Below, piece after piece: positions 18,814-30,407 of a stretch of DNA of 64,000 bases; positions within the stretch are counted from its first letter, which is position 1, and every line of letters begins with the position of its first letter. Source of the DNA: Candidatus Binatia bacterium. GTDB taxonomy: Bacteria > Desulfobacterota > Binatia > Bin18. The translations under genes were made by a program, and so were the position numbers. The notes under the pieces are model-generated. The model had not been told where the DNA came from, did no database searches, and worked only from the letters and a program-made list of their open reading frames with translations. The stretch covers positions 608,001 through 672,000 of the forward strand of contig OY761159.2 in NCBI GenBank assembly GCA_963664395.2, in the 5' to 3' direction.

Positions 18814-20469
18814 ATGGAAGCGCATATGCAACTCGGAAATTATCTTGTCGCTTATTTGCGCAAGATGGGTCTGACCCACCTGTTTGGCATCCCCGGTGAT
18901 TTGGTCATTCAGCTTTTCATGAAATTCGGCCAACCCCAGGATATACAAGTCATTACGTCTTCACATGAGCCGGGTGCCGGCTTCGCCGTCGATGGGTATG
19001 CGCGGGCCACCGGGAAAATCGGCGTCCTGTGTGTGACCTACGGGGCCGGGGGGCACAACGTCGTGAATACCGTTGCCGGCTCATATGCCGAGCGGGTGCC
19101 GGTTCTGGTCATCAGCGGTGGTCCGGGTGAGGAGAAGCGTAAACTCGGGGTATTAATCCATCACCAGGCCAGAGAGATTGAGTCTCAGTTCCATATTTTT
19201 CAGGAAATTACCTGCGCCGCGAAAATTATTGACGATCCACGGACTGCGGCAACCGATATTGACGAGGTTGTCCAGGATATCTGGCGGCACCAGCAACCGG
19301 GCTATATTGAGATCCATCAGGATATGGTTGAGCAGGAGGTCAGCCTCCCTGCACGGATTAGAGAGTGGGACGGCAGCTTTTCTCGAACCCCGTCCGACAC
19401 TCAAAAGGTTGAGGAAGCGGTCCGGGAGACAACCCTACGTCTCAACCAAGCCCACAAACCCGCCGTTATCATTGGTATTGAAACATTTCGACATCATCTC
19501 ACCACAGATATCATTACCCTGGTCGAAAAGATCGGCGGCCCCTGCCTGACGACCGTTCTGGCAAAGGGCGCCTTCCCCATGGATCATCCCCAATATATGG
19601 GCGTTCATATTGGGGCCATCTCGCCGGCACCCATCCGTCAACGGATTGAGGAATCCGACCTGGTGCTCCACCTGGGCTCCCTGCTGACCGATATGAATCT
19701 GGGCTCACAGCCACAATATATCGACCGTCACCACTCAATCTGGGCAGCGGAGAATAAGGTGCACGTCAGCTTTCATACCTATACCGATGTCACACTCCAG
19801 GATTACGTCCAGTCTTTGCTGCGGGCTCCGCTGACACTGCATCGGGAAGAGATTGCCTATTACGACAATCTCGCTCCACAACCGCCCGGAGATAATCGGG
19901 CGCTCCAGGTCTCCGATATGTTATGGGAAGTCAATAAGTTCCTGGATGGTCGCAAAGGCTATATGGTTGTAGCCGAAGCCGGCGACATGCTGTTCGCCGG
20001 GTTGGATATTAAAATTGGCCAACGCGGCGGCTACCTCGCTCAAGGATATTACGCCTCAATGGGCTTTGGCGTCCCCGGTGCACTCGGCGCTCAATTGGGA
20101 ACGGGTCAGCGTCCAATTGTGTTGTGCGGAGACGGGGCCTTTCAAATGACGGGCTCAGAGATTTCGCATGCGCCCCGTCACAAACTCAATCCCATCGTCC
20201 TGGTCATGAATAACGGTGGTTGGGGCATTTTTCGGCCGGTTTCCGAGCGGCAGGATTTGCTCACCATTCCCCCCTGGCCCTATGCCACACTCGCCAAAGA
20301 GTGGGGCGGCAAGGGGTTACAGGCCGCTACCGTCCAGGAGCTGCGCCAGGCATTATTGGAAGCCGACCGGACCTCGTCTTTTGTCATCATTGAGGTTATG
20401 GTGTCGCCGCGTGACTTATCGCCAGTCACAGAAAAGTATATCAAGGCCTCAGTTGGCAGCAGCCAATAA
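18814..20469 (+). CDS. ThDP-dependent alpha-keto acid decarboxylase (indolepyruvate/phenylpyruvate decarboxylase-like)
   Basis: FGIPGD, HEPGAGFAVDGYAR, IHHQ, YYASMGF and GDGAFQMTG...NNGGW motifs. Confidence 0.88.
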   Translation: MEAHMQLGNYLVAYLRKMGLTHLFGIPGDLVIQLFMKFGQPQDIQVITSSHEPGAGFAVDGYARATGKIGVLCVTYGAGGHNVVNTVAGSYAERVPVLVISGGPGEEKRKLGVLIHHQAREIESQFHIFQEITCAAKIIDDPRTAATDIDEVVQDIWRHQQPGYIEIHQDMVEQEVSLPARIREWDGSFSRTPSDTQKVEEAVRETTLRLNQAHKPAVIIGIETFRHHLTTDIITLVEKIGGPCLTTVLAKGAFPMDHPQYMGVHIGAISPAPIRQRIEESDLVLHLGSLLTDMNLGSQPQYIDRHHSIWAAENKVHVSFHTYTDVTLQDYVQSLLRAPLTLHREEIAYYDNLAPQPPGDNRALQVSDMLWEVNKFLDGRKGYMVVAEAGDMLFAGLDIKIGQRGGYLAQGYYASMGFGVPGALGAQLGTGQRPIVLCGDGAFQMTGSEISHAPRHKLNPIVLVMNNGGWGIFRPVSERQDLLTIPPWPYATLAKEWGGKGLQAATVQELRQALLEADRTSSFVIIEVMVSPRDLSPVTEKYIKASVGSSQ

Positions 20470-20502
20470 AAAACCATTTGCAGGCAAGAGAGGAGAGAAC
20501 GC

Positions 20503-21156
20503 GTGAAGATTGCCATTTTGGGAGGAACTGGAGAACAAGGTCCTGGCCTGGCCCTGCGCTGGGCACTCGCCGGAGAAGAGGTCATTATCGGTTCACGCCA
20601 ACAGGAAAAAGGAGAACGCGTGGCGGCCGAGCTCAATCAGGAAATCGGTCGGGACCTCCTGCGCGGAACAGATAATGTCACGGCCGCCGCAGAAGCCGAG
20701 GTGGTGTTTATCACCGTGCCGTACTCCGCCCACGTCAAGACGATAGAGTCGGTGAAAGATCAACTCAAAGGGAAAATCTTTGTGGACGTGTCGGTTCCGC
20801 TCGACCCGGATAACGCCCGGCGGGTGCTCATGCCGGAAGCGGGCTCCGCAACAGAAGAGGCGAAACAAATCCTGGGCGACGATGTCCAGGTCGTGTGCGC
20901 GCTCCAGAACATCTCCGCTCACCTCTTACGGGATGTGAACGCCCAGATTGACTGTGATGTATTGGTCTGTGGGGATAAAGACGCCAGACCAACGGTGATT
21001 GAGTTGGTGGAGAAGCTGGGCATTCGCACGGTTGACGTTGGTCCGCTGGCCGCCGCCAGTTTGATAGAGCCGATTACCGCCCTGCTCATTCGCTTGAATA
21101 TCCGAAATAAAGTGCATTCCGCCGGGATTCGGATCACCGGGCTGTCCGAAAGTTAG
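20503..21156 (+). CDS. npdG: NADPH-dependent F420 reductase
   Basis: GGTGEQGPGLALRWA, IIGSR, VDVSVPL, QNISA and LIRLNI...AGIRITG motifs. Confidence 0.9.
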   Translation: MKIAILGGTGEQGPGLALRWALAGEEVIIGSRQQEKGERVAAELNQEIGRDLLRGTDNVTAAAEAEVVFITVPYSAHVKTIESVKDQLKGKIFVDVSVPLDPDNARRVLMPEAGSATEEAKQILGDDVQVVCALQNISAHLLRDVNAQIDCDVLVCGDKDARPTVIELVEKLGIRTVDVGPLAAASLIEPITALLIRLNIRNKVHSAGIRITGLSES

Positions 21157-21184
21157 ACCCGTCCGATTTCCCCGCGCCAGCAAT

Positions 21185-21216
21185 AAAAAAGGCCCTACTT
21201 TTGTAGGGCCTTTTTT
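21185..21216. terminator. Bidirectional intrinsic terminator between npdG and groEL
   Basis: A6-GGCCCTAC-TTTT-GTAGGGCC-T6. Confidence 0.92.
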
Positions 21217-21240
21217 GATGAGTACTCGGTATAAGGGGGA

Positions 21241-23209
<1,969 letters not shown>

Positions 23210-23329
23210 ACCTCGTCTCCTTTCTCTCAGACGTGTTTCCTTACTGTGAATTTTCTCTATGGGGGGGATTTTCCCCACCCAGGGTGGAGGGAAAATAATC
23301 ACTCTTTTTGTGTTGTCAACTGTCGGCGT

Positions 23330-23599
23330 TCAAAATTTTCGCTTTCGCGCCTCTTCTTCAAAATACCGGCGGTAGAGAATATCCCATTCCGTACTTCCTG
23401 GGACGACTTTTCTCGACAGAGAACGAATCTTTCGCCGGACCACAGCATCAATAGCGCCGCCCTGCTGAAAGTAGGAACTCAATATCCTTTTACTCTCGAC
23501 CAGCGCTCCTCTTTCATTGACAATCTTACCTTCCACTGCGATAGCCCGTAAGGCCGAACGAGCAAGGGCGGTGATGCGGCTGTCTGACAGGTCACTCAT
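23330..23599 (-). CDS. DUF507-family protein
   Basis: LSDSRI...KIRSLSRKVVPGSTEWDILYRRYFEEE pattern. Confidence 0.75.
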   Translation of the reverse strand: MSDLSDSRITALARSALRAIAVEGKIVNERGALVESKRILSSYFQQGGAIDAVVRRKIRSLSRKVVPGSTEWDILYRRYFEEEARKRKF

Positions 23600-23871
23600 A
23601 GCGCAAAATCTTTCTCTTCCGCTAACCGGCGCTTAATGAGCTGTACGACCTTATATCGATCAACCGTTGGCGATTTCTGGATGTGCTCTTCAGCTAAGCG
23701 TTCGGCTTCCTTTTCAAGAGCAGCCTCTTGACGGAAGTTCGCGAGTAGCGCGGTGGCAACCTTGTTCGCAGCTTTAGCTGGTTCCCCATTCAGACGGACT
23801 GCACCCTTCGTGCACAGCGCCTCCACGAGAACCTGGCCAACATGGCGACAGAGTGCTTCTGGGTCTTGCAT
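23596..23871 (-). CDS. DUF507-like protein
   Basis: EKEAERL...IKRRLAEEKDFAL. ATGA overlap with the next gene. Confidence 0.6.
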   Translation of the reverse strand: MQDPEALCRHVGQVLVEALCTKGAVRLNGEPAKAANKVATALLANFRQEAALEKEAERLAEEHIQKSPTVDRYKVVQLIKRRLAEEKDFAL

Positions 23872-23952
23872 GCCAGGACACCATAGCTGGCACCCTCGTT
23901 GTTTAGCAACCCCGTCTTGACAAGGAAAACAAGGTTTGAGATGGGACCTTAA

Positions 23953-25173
23953 GTGACTTGCCAAAGACCCGCACCAGACCAGTCCCCCGCAGCTTTTCCC
24001 TCAAGCTATTGGGAGCATATTGCCACGTATCTCGAAGAAGGCTTAGCCATCATCGATAACCGGCGCAATATCGTATTCTTTAACGCAGCGGCGGAATCCC
24101 TCACCAGTGCTGCTCAAACGCAAGTCCGGGGGGTTTCGTATGAGCAGGTTTTTGACGAGAATCCCTGGATTATTACCCTCATCCGACGGGCGCAGGAATC
24201 TGGATATAGCCGAACGGCAGAAGAGGGAGAGCTACGAGACCGTTTTCGCCGAGTCGTACCAGTCCGGGTCACCTGTTCTCCTATTTTCGACCAGGACGAC
24301 TTCCCCCTTGGGCTTGTCCTGGCCCTGCATAATTTGAGCCATCAGAAAGAACTGGCAGAGGAGCAACAGCGGGATGACCGACTGACCTCTCTTGGCGTCG
24401 TTGCCGCAGGACTCGCGCATGAAATCAAGAATCCACTGGCAGGCATCCGTGGCGCAGCTCAATTACTCCAGTCTCGCGTCCAGACCGACCAGTCTGCGGT
24501 CAAATATACTACCATCATGATCCACGAGATTGACCGCCTCAACGCACTTCTTGAGCAGCTGCTTGAGTTATCGGCGCGTCCCCCATTTGATCCACAGCCC
24601 GTCAATATCCATAAGACCATCACCGATGTCTTACTACTTGAACAAGAAGCGGCCTCCAAAGGGACAGCCGTCCAGACTCACTTTGACCCGAGTTTGCCTC
24701 CAGTATTCGGCGATGAAGCTCGACTCTCCCAAGTCTTTCGCAACCTGATCAAAAACAGTCTGCAGGCCTTACGTGGGCGACGGGGTGGGATTCTCAGCAT
24801 TGCAACAAAAATGGCGACGGACTTTCATCTTTTGCGCTCGCCTGTCGGTCGGACAGCCCCTCTTCAGCCAGGGAGCGTTTCTACCGCTGCTACAACGCGG
24901 CTCCCGTACGCTCCGGAAAGACAGCCCCTCCACGACAAACACGACTGGGGTCGTTTTCTGTGCATTGTTTTTGCTGACAACGGGCCAGGGATTACACCGG
25001 ATCATCTCCCACAATTATTCACCCCGTTTTTTACGACCAAGAGCCAGGGAACAGGTTTGGGTTTGCCTGTCAGCCAACAGATTATTGCTCAACACGGAGG
25101 GACAATTCGGGTAGAAAGCAGCCTCGGTCAAGGGGCTTGCTTCCGCGTGTATTTACCCGTCCCACCAGCATAG
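23953..25173 (+). CDS. PAS sensor histidine kinase, NtrB-like
   Basis: PAS domain, LAHEIKNPLAGIRGAAQLL H-box, N box, DNGPG and FFTTK..GTGLGL. Confidence 0.9.
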   Translation: MTCQRPAPDQSPAAFPSSYWEHIATYLEEGLAIIDNRRNIVFFNAAAESLTSAAQTQVRGVSYEQVFDENPWIITLIRRAQESGYSRTAEEGELRDRFRRVVPVRVTCSPIFDQDDFPLGLVLALHNLSHQKELAEEQQRDDRLTSLGVVAAGLAHEIKNPLAGIRGAAQLLQSRVQTDQSAVKYTTIMIHEIDRLNALLEQLLELSARPPFDPQPVNIHKTITDVLLLEQEAASKGTAVQTHFDPSLPPVFGDEARLSQVFRNLIKNSLQALRGRRGGILSIATKMATDFHLLRSPVGRTAPLQPGSVSTAATTRLPYAPERQPLHDKHDWGRFLCIVFADNGPGITPDHLPQLFTPFFTTKSQGTGLGLPVSQQIIAQHGGTIRVESSLGQGACFRVYLPVPPA

Positions 25174-25179
25174 GATGCT

Positions 25180-26607
25180 ATGGTGAACGGAACTATTCTC
25201 ATTGCGGATGATGAAGAGCTTATCCGCCAGGTACTCTGTGATGCGCTCACCGAGCAGGGCTATCACGTCAAAGCAGTAGAAACAGGAACTCAAGCCTGGT
25301 CAGCATTGCAAGAACAGTCGTTCGATCTTGCCTTTGTCGATATTCGCATGCCAGAGCTCAGCGGTTTAGACCTCTTACATAAGACTCAGGCCGCTCAGAT
25401 CGATCTCCCGATCATCATTATGACCGGTCAAACCACGCTGACCAATGCTATTGAGGCGATGAAACGTGGGGCGTTTGACTATTTGCCAAAACCGTTTGAC
25501 CTTGATGATGTCCACGCTTTGGTCTCTCATGTCATGGAAGCCAAACGGCTCACGGTCGATACTGACCACCCACTGCCGGCTATCCAGGGGCGCGATGAGC
25601 AAATCATCGGCAGCGGCGCGGCCATGCAGCAGGTGTATAAAACAATCGGTCGTATCGTCCGAAGCGACGCAACCGTGCTCCTCCAGGGAGAAAGCGGGAC
25701 AGGCAAAGACCTCGTGGCAAAGGTGATTCACCATTACTCAGCCCGCTGGCGTGCGCCCTTTATCGGGATTAATTGTTCGGCTATTCCGCTCGATTTACTC
25801 GAAAGCGAATTGTTCGGCCACGAACGTGGGGCATTCACAGGTGCGGTCGAGCGGCATGCCGGGAAGTTTGAACAGGCTGCCGGCGGGACACTCTTCCTGG
25901 ATGAAATCGGGGACATGCCGCTATCGCTTCAGGCAAAACTGCTCCGCGTCCTCCAGGAGCGTGAATTTACTCGTGTAGGCGGAAGCCAGGCCCTCCGGGC
26001 AGACGTCCGTATCATCGCGGCTACGAATCAGGACCTTACGACAGCAGTAAAAGAAAAACGTTTTCGGGAAGATTTGTATTTTCGTCTTCGAGTCGTGCCC
26101 GTCACCCTCCCCCCACTGCGCCAACGGCGCGAAGATATTCCTGAGCTCACAACCTACTTTCTCGATAACATTACGAAGGAGGTGGGGACCTCGGCGACAG
26201 GGATTACCCCTGAAGCGCAGACTCTCCTCACCAATTACTCCTGGCCGGGGAATGTGCGAGAGTTGGGAAATACACTCCTCCGAGCCGCGGTCCTCAGCCC
26301 AGGCCCGTTACTGACGCCGGCAGACCTCTCACTCCCGCAGACAAGAATTCCGCTTCCAGCTGATCTGGCAGAACTCTCGTTCGAGGAAATAGTCCAGCGT
26401 CAACTCACGACGTATCTTCAGCAACCCGCTCTCCTCGAGGCCGGAGACCTCCACGCTGTGATCATTAGCCAGGTTGAAAAACCCCTGATCGAACTAGTCC
26501 TGGACCATACCCGAGGAAATCAACTCAAAGCCGCAGAACTCCTGGGAATTAATCGTAATACGTTACGAAAGAAAATGACGGATCTCAAAATAGCTGTCAA
26601 AAAGTGA
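25180..26607 (+). CDS. Sigma54-dependent response regulator, NtrC-like
   Basis: Receiver domain, GESGTGK, GAFTGA and [23 protein letters not shown]. Confidence 0.93.
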   Translation: MVNGTILIADDEELIRQVLCDALTEQGYHVKAVETGTQAWSALQEQSFDLAFVDIRMPELSGLDLLHKTQAAQIDLPIIIMTGQTTLTNAIEAMKRGAFDYLPKPFDLDDVHALVSHVMEAKRLTVDTDHPLPAIQGRDEQIIGSGAAMQQVYKTIGRIVRSDATVLLQGESGTGKDLVAKVIHHYSARWRAPFIGINCSAIPLDLLESELFGHERGAFTGAVERHAGKFEQAAGGTLFLDEIGDMPLSLQAKLLRVLQEREFTRVGGSQALRADVRIIAATNQDLTTAVKEKRFREDLYFRLRVVPVTLPPLRQRREDIPELTTYFLDNITKEVGTSATGITPEAQTLLTNYSWPGNVRELGNTLLRAAVLSPGPLLTPADLSLPQTRIPLPADLAELSFEEIVQRQLTTYLQQPALLEAGDLHAVIISQVEKPLIELVLDHTRGNQLKAAELLGINRNTLRKKMTDLKIAVKK

Positions 26608-26625
26608 GCGTCGACCAACGTGGGT

Positions 26626-27261
26626 ATGCCTTTTTCCTTCCCCAGTCCGTTCTACGCCGTGGCGGATACATTGAATCAGCCGGATGTGTCCTTCCAGAGA
26701 CTCACCCACCAACTGTGCGCTGGAGGCGTACGTCTCCTTCAGCTTCGCGTCAAACAGCGTCCGACGCGATCTTTTGTCTCACTTGCCACAGAAGTCAAAC
26801 AGATTTGCCGCCGCTATCAGTGCACATTCATCCTTAATGATCGGGTGGATATTGCCCTGGCTGTTGAGGCAGATGGCGTCCATGTTGGCCAGGAGGACCT
26901 TCCACTGCTTGCTGCGCGAAGAATTCTCGGACCGGATAAAATTATCGGAGTCTCAACCCACACCCTTCAGCAAGCGTTGACCGCAGAACAAGAGGGCGCT
27001 GATTATATTGGATTCGGGCCGTTGTTCGGGACAACGACAAAGGCGACCGGCTATACCGCCCGCGGCCTGGAGCAGCTTCAGGAGATGCGTAAGCAGGTCC
27101 GTATTCCTATTGTTGCGATTGGCGGGATTACGGCTGAACGTGCGCCGTCTGCACTCCAGGCTGGCGCAGACGCCGTCGCTACGATCAGCGATATTATTCT
27201 CGCACCCGACATCAAACACCGGGTCACAACACTCCTTCGGCAGCTTATGGAAAGGGACTAA
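26626..27261 (+). CDS. thiE: Thiamine-phosphate synthase
   Basis: QLRVK, LNDRVD, GVHVGQED, GVSTH, TTTK and AIGGI motifs. The stop codon lies inside the IS terminal repeat. Confidence 0.93.
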   Translation: MPFSFPSPFYAVADTLNQPDVSFQRLTHQLCAGGVRLLQLRVKQRPTRSFVSLATEVKQICRRYQCTFILNDRVDIALAVEADGVHVGQEDLPLLAARRILGPDKIIGVSTHTLQQALTAEQEGADYIGFGPLFGTTTKATGYTARGLEQLQEMRKQVRIPIVAIGGITAERAPSALQAGADAVATISDIILAPDIKHRVTTLLRQLMERD

Positions 27262-27291
27262 TATACTTGACACAACTACAACAAACAGCCC

Positions 27292-27420
27292 CTACCCCTC
27301 TTCCTGCTCAGCGTCTTCCTCGTGCTGCTGTTCAGTATCAGACTGAGGAGCATCTTGAAGTGGGACATTTAGACCGGCCCGTAAGAGGTCGTCAAAGGTC
27401 AACTCATTCATCTTTGGCAT
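27292..27420 (-). CDS. Small acidic protein (42 aa) at the end of the element
   Basis: GGAGGA RBS. MPKMNELTFDDLLRAGLNVPLQDAPQSDTEQQHEEDAEQEEG. Confidence 0.5.
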   Translation of the reverse strand: MPKMNELTFDDLLRAGLNVPLQDAPQSDTEQQHEEDAEQEEG

Positions 27421-27439
27421 GGGCGGTTCCTCCTTCTTG

Positions 27440-27883
27440 CTATTCGTGGCGGGTGTGCCCGTTCGGGAAGAAAAACGGCTCCAAGAGACAGGCAACCGCC
27501 TTTGCCAGCTCCCCATGTGGGAACTCAAGCGGTTCTGTATTTTCGTCAGTCTGCACCACTACTTGACACGTCTGCGTCTCGGCATCCCAGCGGGTCGTCA
27601 CTGTTCCAACGCTGGTCTCGTTCCGCGCAACCTGCACAATGTTGGCTTCTGGGAGATAGCGCAAGGTAAGGGACTCCGGCTTGTCAGTAGCCGTATGCTC
27701 CACCATGCGTGTCCGTCCTATGTATGGACGCATGGCCATCTGCCCGTGCATAGATTCCTCGTCCATTGCAACAGCGTTCCATTGCCCGACATTCGTCTGT
27801 ACCAGACGGGCCAGATCGGCAAACAGTTTTCCCATGTCACACTTGGCCCGCTCGGCCACCCACTTTGTAGGGTCATGTTCCAT
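27440..27883 (-). CDS. Hypothetical protein (transposon passenger)
   Basis: 147-aa ORF starting 4 nt after the MTase-HNH stop, with an AGGAGG RBS. Confidence 0.65.
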   Translation of the reverse strand: MEHDPTKWVAERAKCDMGKLFADLARLVQTNVGQWNAVAMDEESMHGQMAMRPYIGRTRMVEHTATDKPESLTLRYLPEANIVQVARNETSVGTVTTRWDAETQTCQVVVQTDENTEPLEFPHGELAKAVACLLEPFFFPNGHTRHE

Positions 27884-27887
27884 TTTT

Positions 27888-29393
27888 CTACGCCTCCTTG
27901 AGATATCCCAGCTTCTTGTTTTCCTTCCGCAACCCGCCCAGCGTAAACCGATTGCTTTTCAGTTTATTGCAAGGACCACACAAAAGAACTCTATTCGAGA
28001 TATGGTTTATTCCACCGTCCGACCGTGGGGCATTGTGGTCTAATTCAAGATAGCGGGCATCATCGAACATTCTATTACAGCCCTGACATCGTGAGCCATG
28101 CTGCTCTAGGAGGAATTGCACCATTTCAGCCCGAGACATCTTTCGGTCTTTGGGTTCATGGACTTTTAATTTTGTTCTGAGGAAAGGGACGGCATCTAGC
28201 CCGTCGTCCGTGCGCTGGGGTGGGGTAGTTTCGTAGTAAATTTGTCCGACATGAAAGAGTTTGCCGTCTGGTTTGCCGTCTGGAGCCAGTAAGTCTTCTC
28301 TTTTAAGCCGTTCAATAACAGCGTCGTGCGCCTTATTCCATATATCAATGCCGACCCATTGCCGCCCCAGCTTCTCAGCGGCAACGAGGGTTGTAGCGCA
28401 GCCCGCAAATGGATCGCACACCGTCTCACCCTCATTCGAGCTGGCTTTGATAATCCGCTCGTATAGGGCAAGCGGTTTTTGTGTGGGGTAGCCAATACGC
28501 TCTTTAGCCTGAGAATTTATGGGCGCAATGTCATCCCACAAGCTGCCTATGGGTTTTCCCTTCTCGATGTCGCTTGGCCGCAGCTTTCTTCTCACCCCTC
28601 CAGTCTTGGTCCAAGCGAGATTCCCTTTCTTATCAATTTCCTCAAGAGTCTCCTGGTTGACCCGCCAACCGGCTGGCCCTGGTGTGAATCCCTTGTATGA
28701 GTAAACGAGATTTGGCCTTAGACCCATGCTCTCAGAACGGAGAATAGGACCATCTGCATAGCGCCCGTGTTCATCTTTGTATGGATATTTTTTCGCAAGT
28801 TCTTCCAGCGTCAGAGGAATACGTATGGTATCCACATTGATCTTGGATTCGTGAGATCGTGCATAGTACAAAATCGTATCTGTAAAGGGACTAAAGCGCG
28901 CCATTTCATGTTGTGATCCCTTGGGGTTGGCAGACCGCTTCCATATGATTTCATTCCGAAAATTCTTCCATCCGAAAATTGCATCCATGACAGCCTTGAG
29001 GTAGTGCGATGCGGTCGGGTCGCAGTGCATATAGAGGCTGCCCATAGTCTTCAGAACACGGCGCATTTCCAGCAGCCGCACCGCCATGAAACACATAAAC
29101 GCGCCCATGCCGTCGCTATGAGCATATCGGGCGCTCTCGATAGCCTCCATAAGCCGGGGATAGTCGTCTGTAATTTTATCCACCCACTCTTCATGTACAT
29201 CTTTCTCCCAAGACCAACGATCTTGAAAAGATGCACCAGCTGCCAGGCTATCTGGCGTTGCATGAAAATCCTTCCCCTTATTGAAGGGCGGGTCAGTCGC
29301 AATAAGATGGACTGAATTACTGTTCATAGCCCGGAGAAAGGGGAGATTATCCCCGTGAAAAAGTGTTCGGTTCTGCCAGTTGGGGGCTGCCAT
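27888..29393 (-). CDS. N6/N4 DNA methyltransferase (beta class) fused to a C-terminal HNH endonuclease
   Basis: TDPPF motif IV precedes YPTQKP and DPFAGCATT motif I. C-terminal CQGC...ELDH...GG.N...N..LLCGPCNKLKSN. Confidence 0.9.
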   Translation of the reverse strand: MAAPNWQNRTLFHGDNLPFLRAMNSNSVHLIATDPPFNKGKDFHATPDSLAAGASFQDRWSWEKDVHEEWVDKITDDYPRLMEAIESARYAHSDGMGAFMCFMAVRLLEMRRVLKTMGSLYMHCDPTASHYLKAVMDAIFGWKNFRNEIIWKRSANPKGSQHEMARFSPFTDTILYYARSHESKINVDTIRIPLTLEELAKKYPYKDEHGRYADGPILRSESMGLRPNLVYSYKGFTPGPAGWRVNQETLEEIDKKGNLAWTKTGGVRRKLRPSDIEKGKPIGSLWDDIAPINSQAKERIGYPTQKPLALYERIIKASSNEGETVCDPFAGCATTLVAAEKLGRQWVGIDIWNKAHDAVIERLKREDLLAPDGKPDGKLFHVGQIYYETTPPQRTDDGLDAVPFLRTKLKVHEPKDRKMSRAEMVQFLLEQHGSRCQGCNRMFDDARYLELDHNAPRSDGGINHISNRVLLCGPCNKLKSNRFTLGGLRKENKKLGYLKEA

Positions 29394-29401
29394 ATTTTCC
29401 T

Positions 29402-30337
29402 CTATTCCGCCGTCAGGTTGGCGTAGGTCAGGCGCTCCCCAACCCCAGCTTTCAGAATGGCGTCAATCCGTTGCTCACTCGTCAAATCAATCATGTTCCA
29501 GCGTTGAGAGAACTCGGCAAGATAGCGGTCTAAGTGCTTCCAGGTGAAGTCATGAAAGACCCCCATATAGCCCCGCTTGAGTAGCGCCCAGAAGCTCTCC
29601 ACGCCGTTGGTGTGCGCTTTCCCTCTGACATACTCACCAGCACTATGGTTGACTGATTCATGCTGGTAGATGCCACCCAGAGGCACATAGGCCCGTGCTT
29701 CGTCTGTGTACAGGGTTTCTTGCGGTTCGACATGCGCTGTCAAGAAGGCGGATAACGTCTGCGTATCTGTCTTCTCTACCTTCTTGGCAAAGGCTTTGCC
29801 TGTCTTTCTCGATACAACACCAGCCACGGCCATCTTGCCTACCGGCCCGCGCCCTTTGTTGAGTTTTTTGTTGTTGTGTCGGTTCTTGTTCTTACCACCT
29901 AAATAGCTTTCGTCTGCTTCGACCGGACCGGGCAACGTCCCTGCTGCTGCGCTGGCCTGTTCAGCCGCCTTACGGAGTCGGCCCAGGACAAACCAAGCGG
30001 TCTTTTGCGTGACCCCGATTTCCCGGCCCAACTGGTAGCTGCTGATACCCTTGCGGCTGGAAGTCGTGAGGAACGCGGCCACAAGCCACTTTTGCAGGGG
30101 TAAGCGGCTTTCCTCGTAGACCGTGCCTTTCCTGATGCTGAACTGCTTCCGGCAATCTGCGCATTTATAAATGCCCGGACGGGACAGGTGGTGAATCTTA
30201 CGGCTGCTCGAACATAGTGGGCAGGTGATTCCGTTCGGCCAGCGCAATTGTTCGAGATGTCGGGCGCACGCGGCTTCATTCGGGAATGCCTTGAGTAATC
30301 CAATGACATTGTTATAACCAGTTCTGTTTGTTGCCAT
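29402..30337 (-). CDS. IS1595-family transposase
   Basis: CPLC/CADC zinc ribbon, HTH (GVTQKTAW), EADESY, YTDE, VNH..GEY and HTNGVESFW motifs. Confidence 0.95.
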   Translation of the reverse strand: MATNRTGYNNVIGLLKAFPNEAACARHLEQLRWPNGITCPLCSSSRKIHHLSRPGIYKCADCRKQFSIRKGTVYEESRLPLQKWLVAAFLTTSSRKGISSYQLGREIGVTQKTAWFVLGRLRKAAEQASAAAGTLPGPVEADESYLGGKNKNRHNNKKLNKGRGPVGKMAVAGVVSRKTGKAFAKKVEKTDTQTLSAFLTAHVEPQETLYTDEARAYVPLGGIYQHESVNHSAGEYVRGKAHTNGVESFWALLKRGYMGVFHDFTWKHLDRYLAEFSQRWNMIDLTSEQRIDAILKAGVGERLTYANLTAE

Positions 30338-30342
30338 GTCTT

Positions 30343-30371
30343 CTTATAGCAAAACTATATGGTTGCGTCAA
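30343..30371 (-). promoter_or_regulatory. Transposase promoter partly within the IR, likely leaderless
   Basis: TTGACG-N17-TATAAG-N5-ATG with no Shine-Dalgarno. Confidence 0.65.
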
Positions 30372-30407
30372 GTATATTAGTCCCAGGCTACTTGTTGATA
30401 GGGATGT

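Larger units (their letters stand above)
27254..30384 (-). mobile_element. IS1595-family transposon with passenger genes
   Basis: Terminal IRs GGGACTAATATACTTGAC(a/g)CAAC(t/c)A at 27254-27278 and 30360-30384 (18 bp perfect, 23/25 overall). They enclose the transposase and three other ORFs. Confidence 0.92.

Noticed and set aside
23270-23296. Inverted repeat upstream of groES as a CIRCE element
   Set aside because: It does not match TTAGCACTC-N9-GAGTGCTAA. It is only a GC-rich leader hairpin of unknown role.
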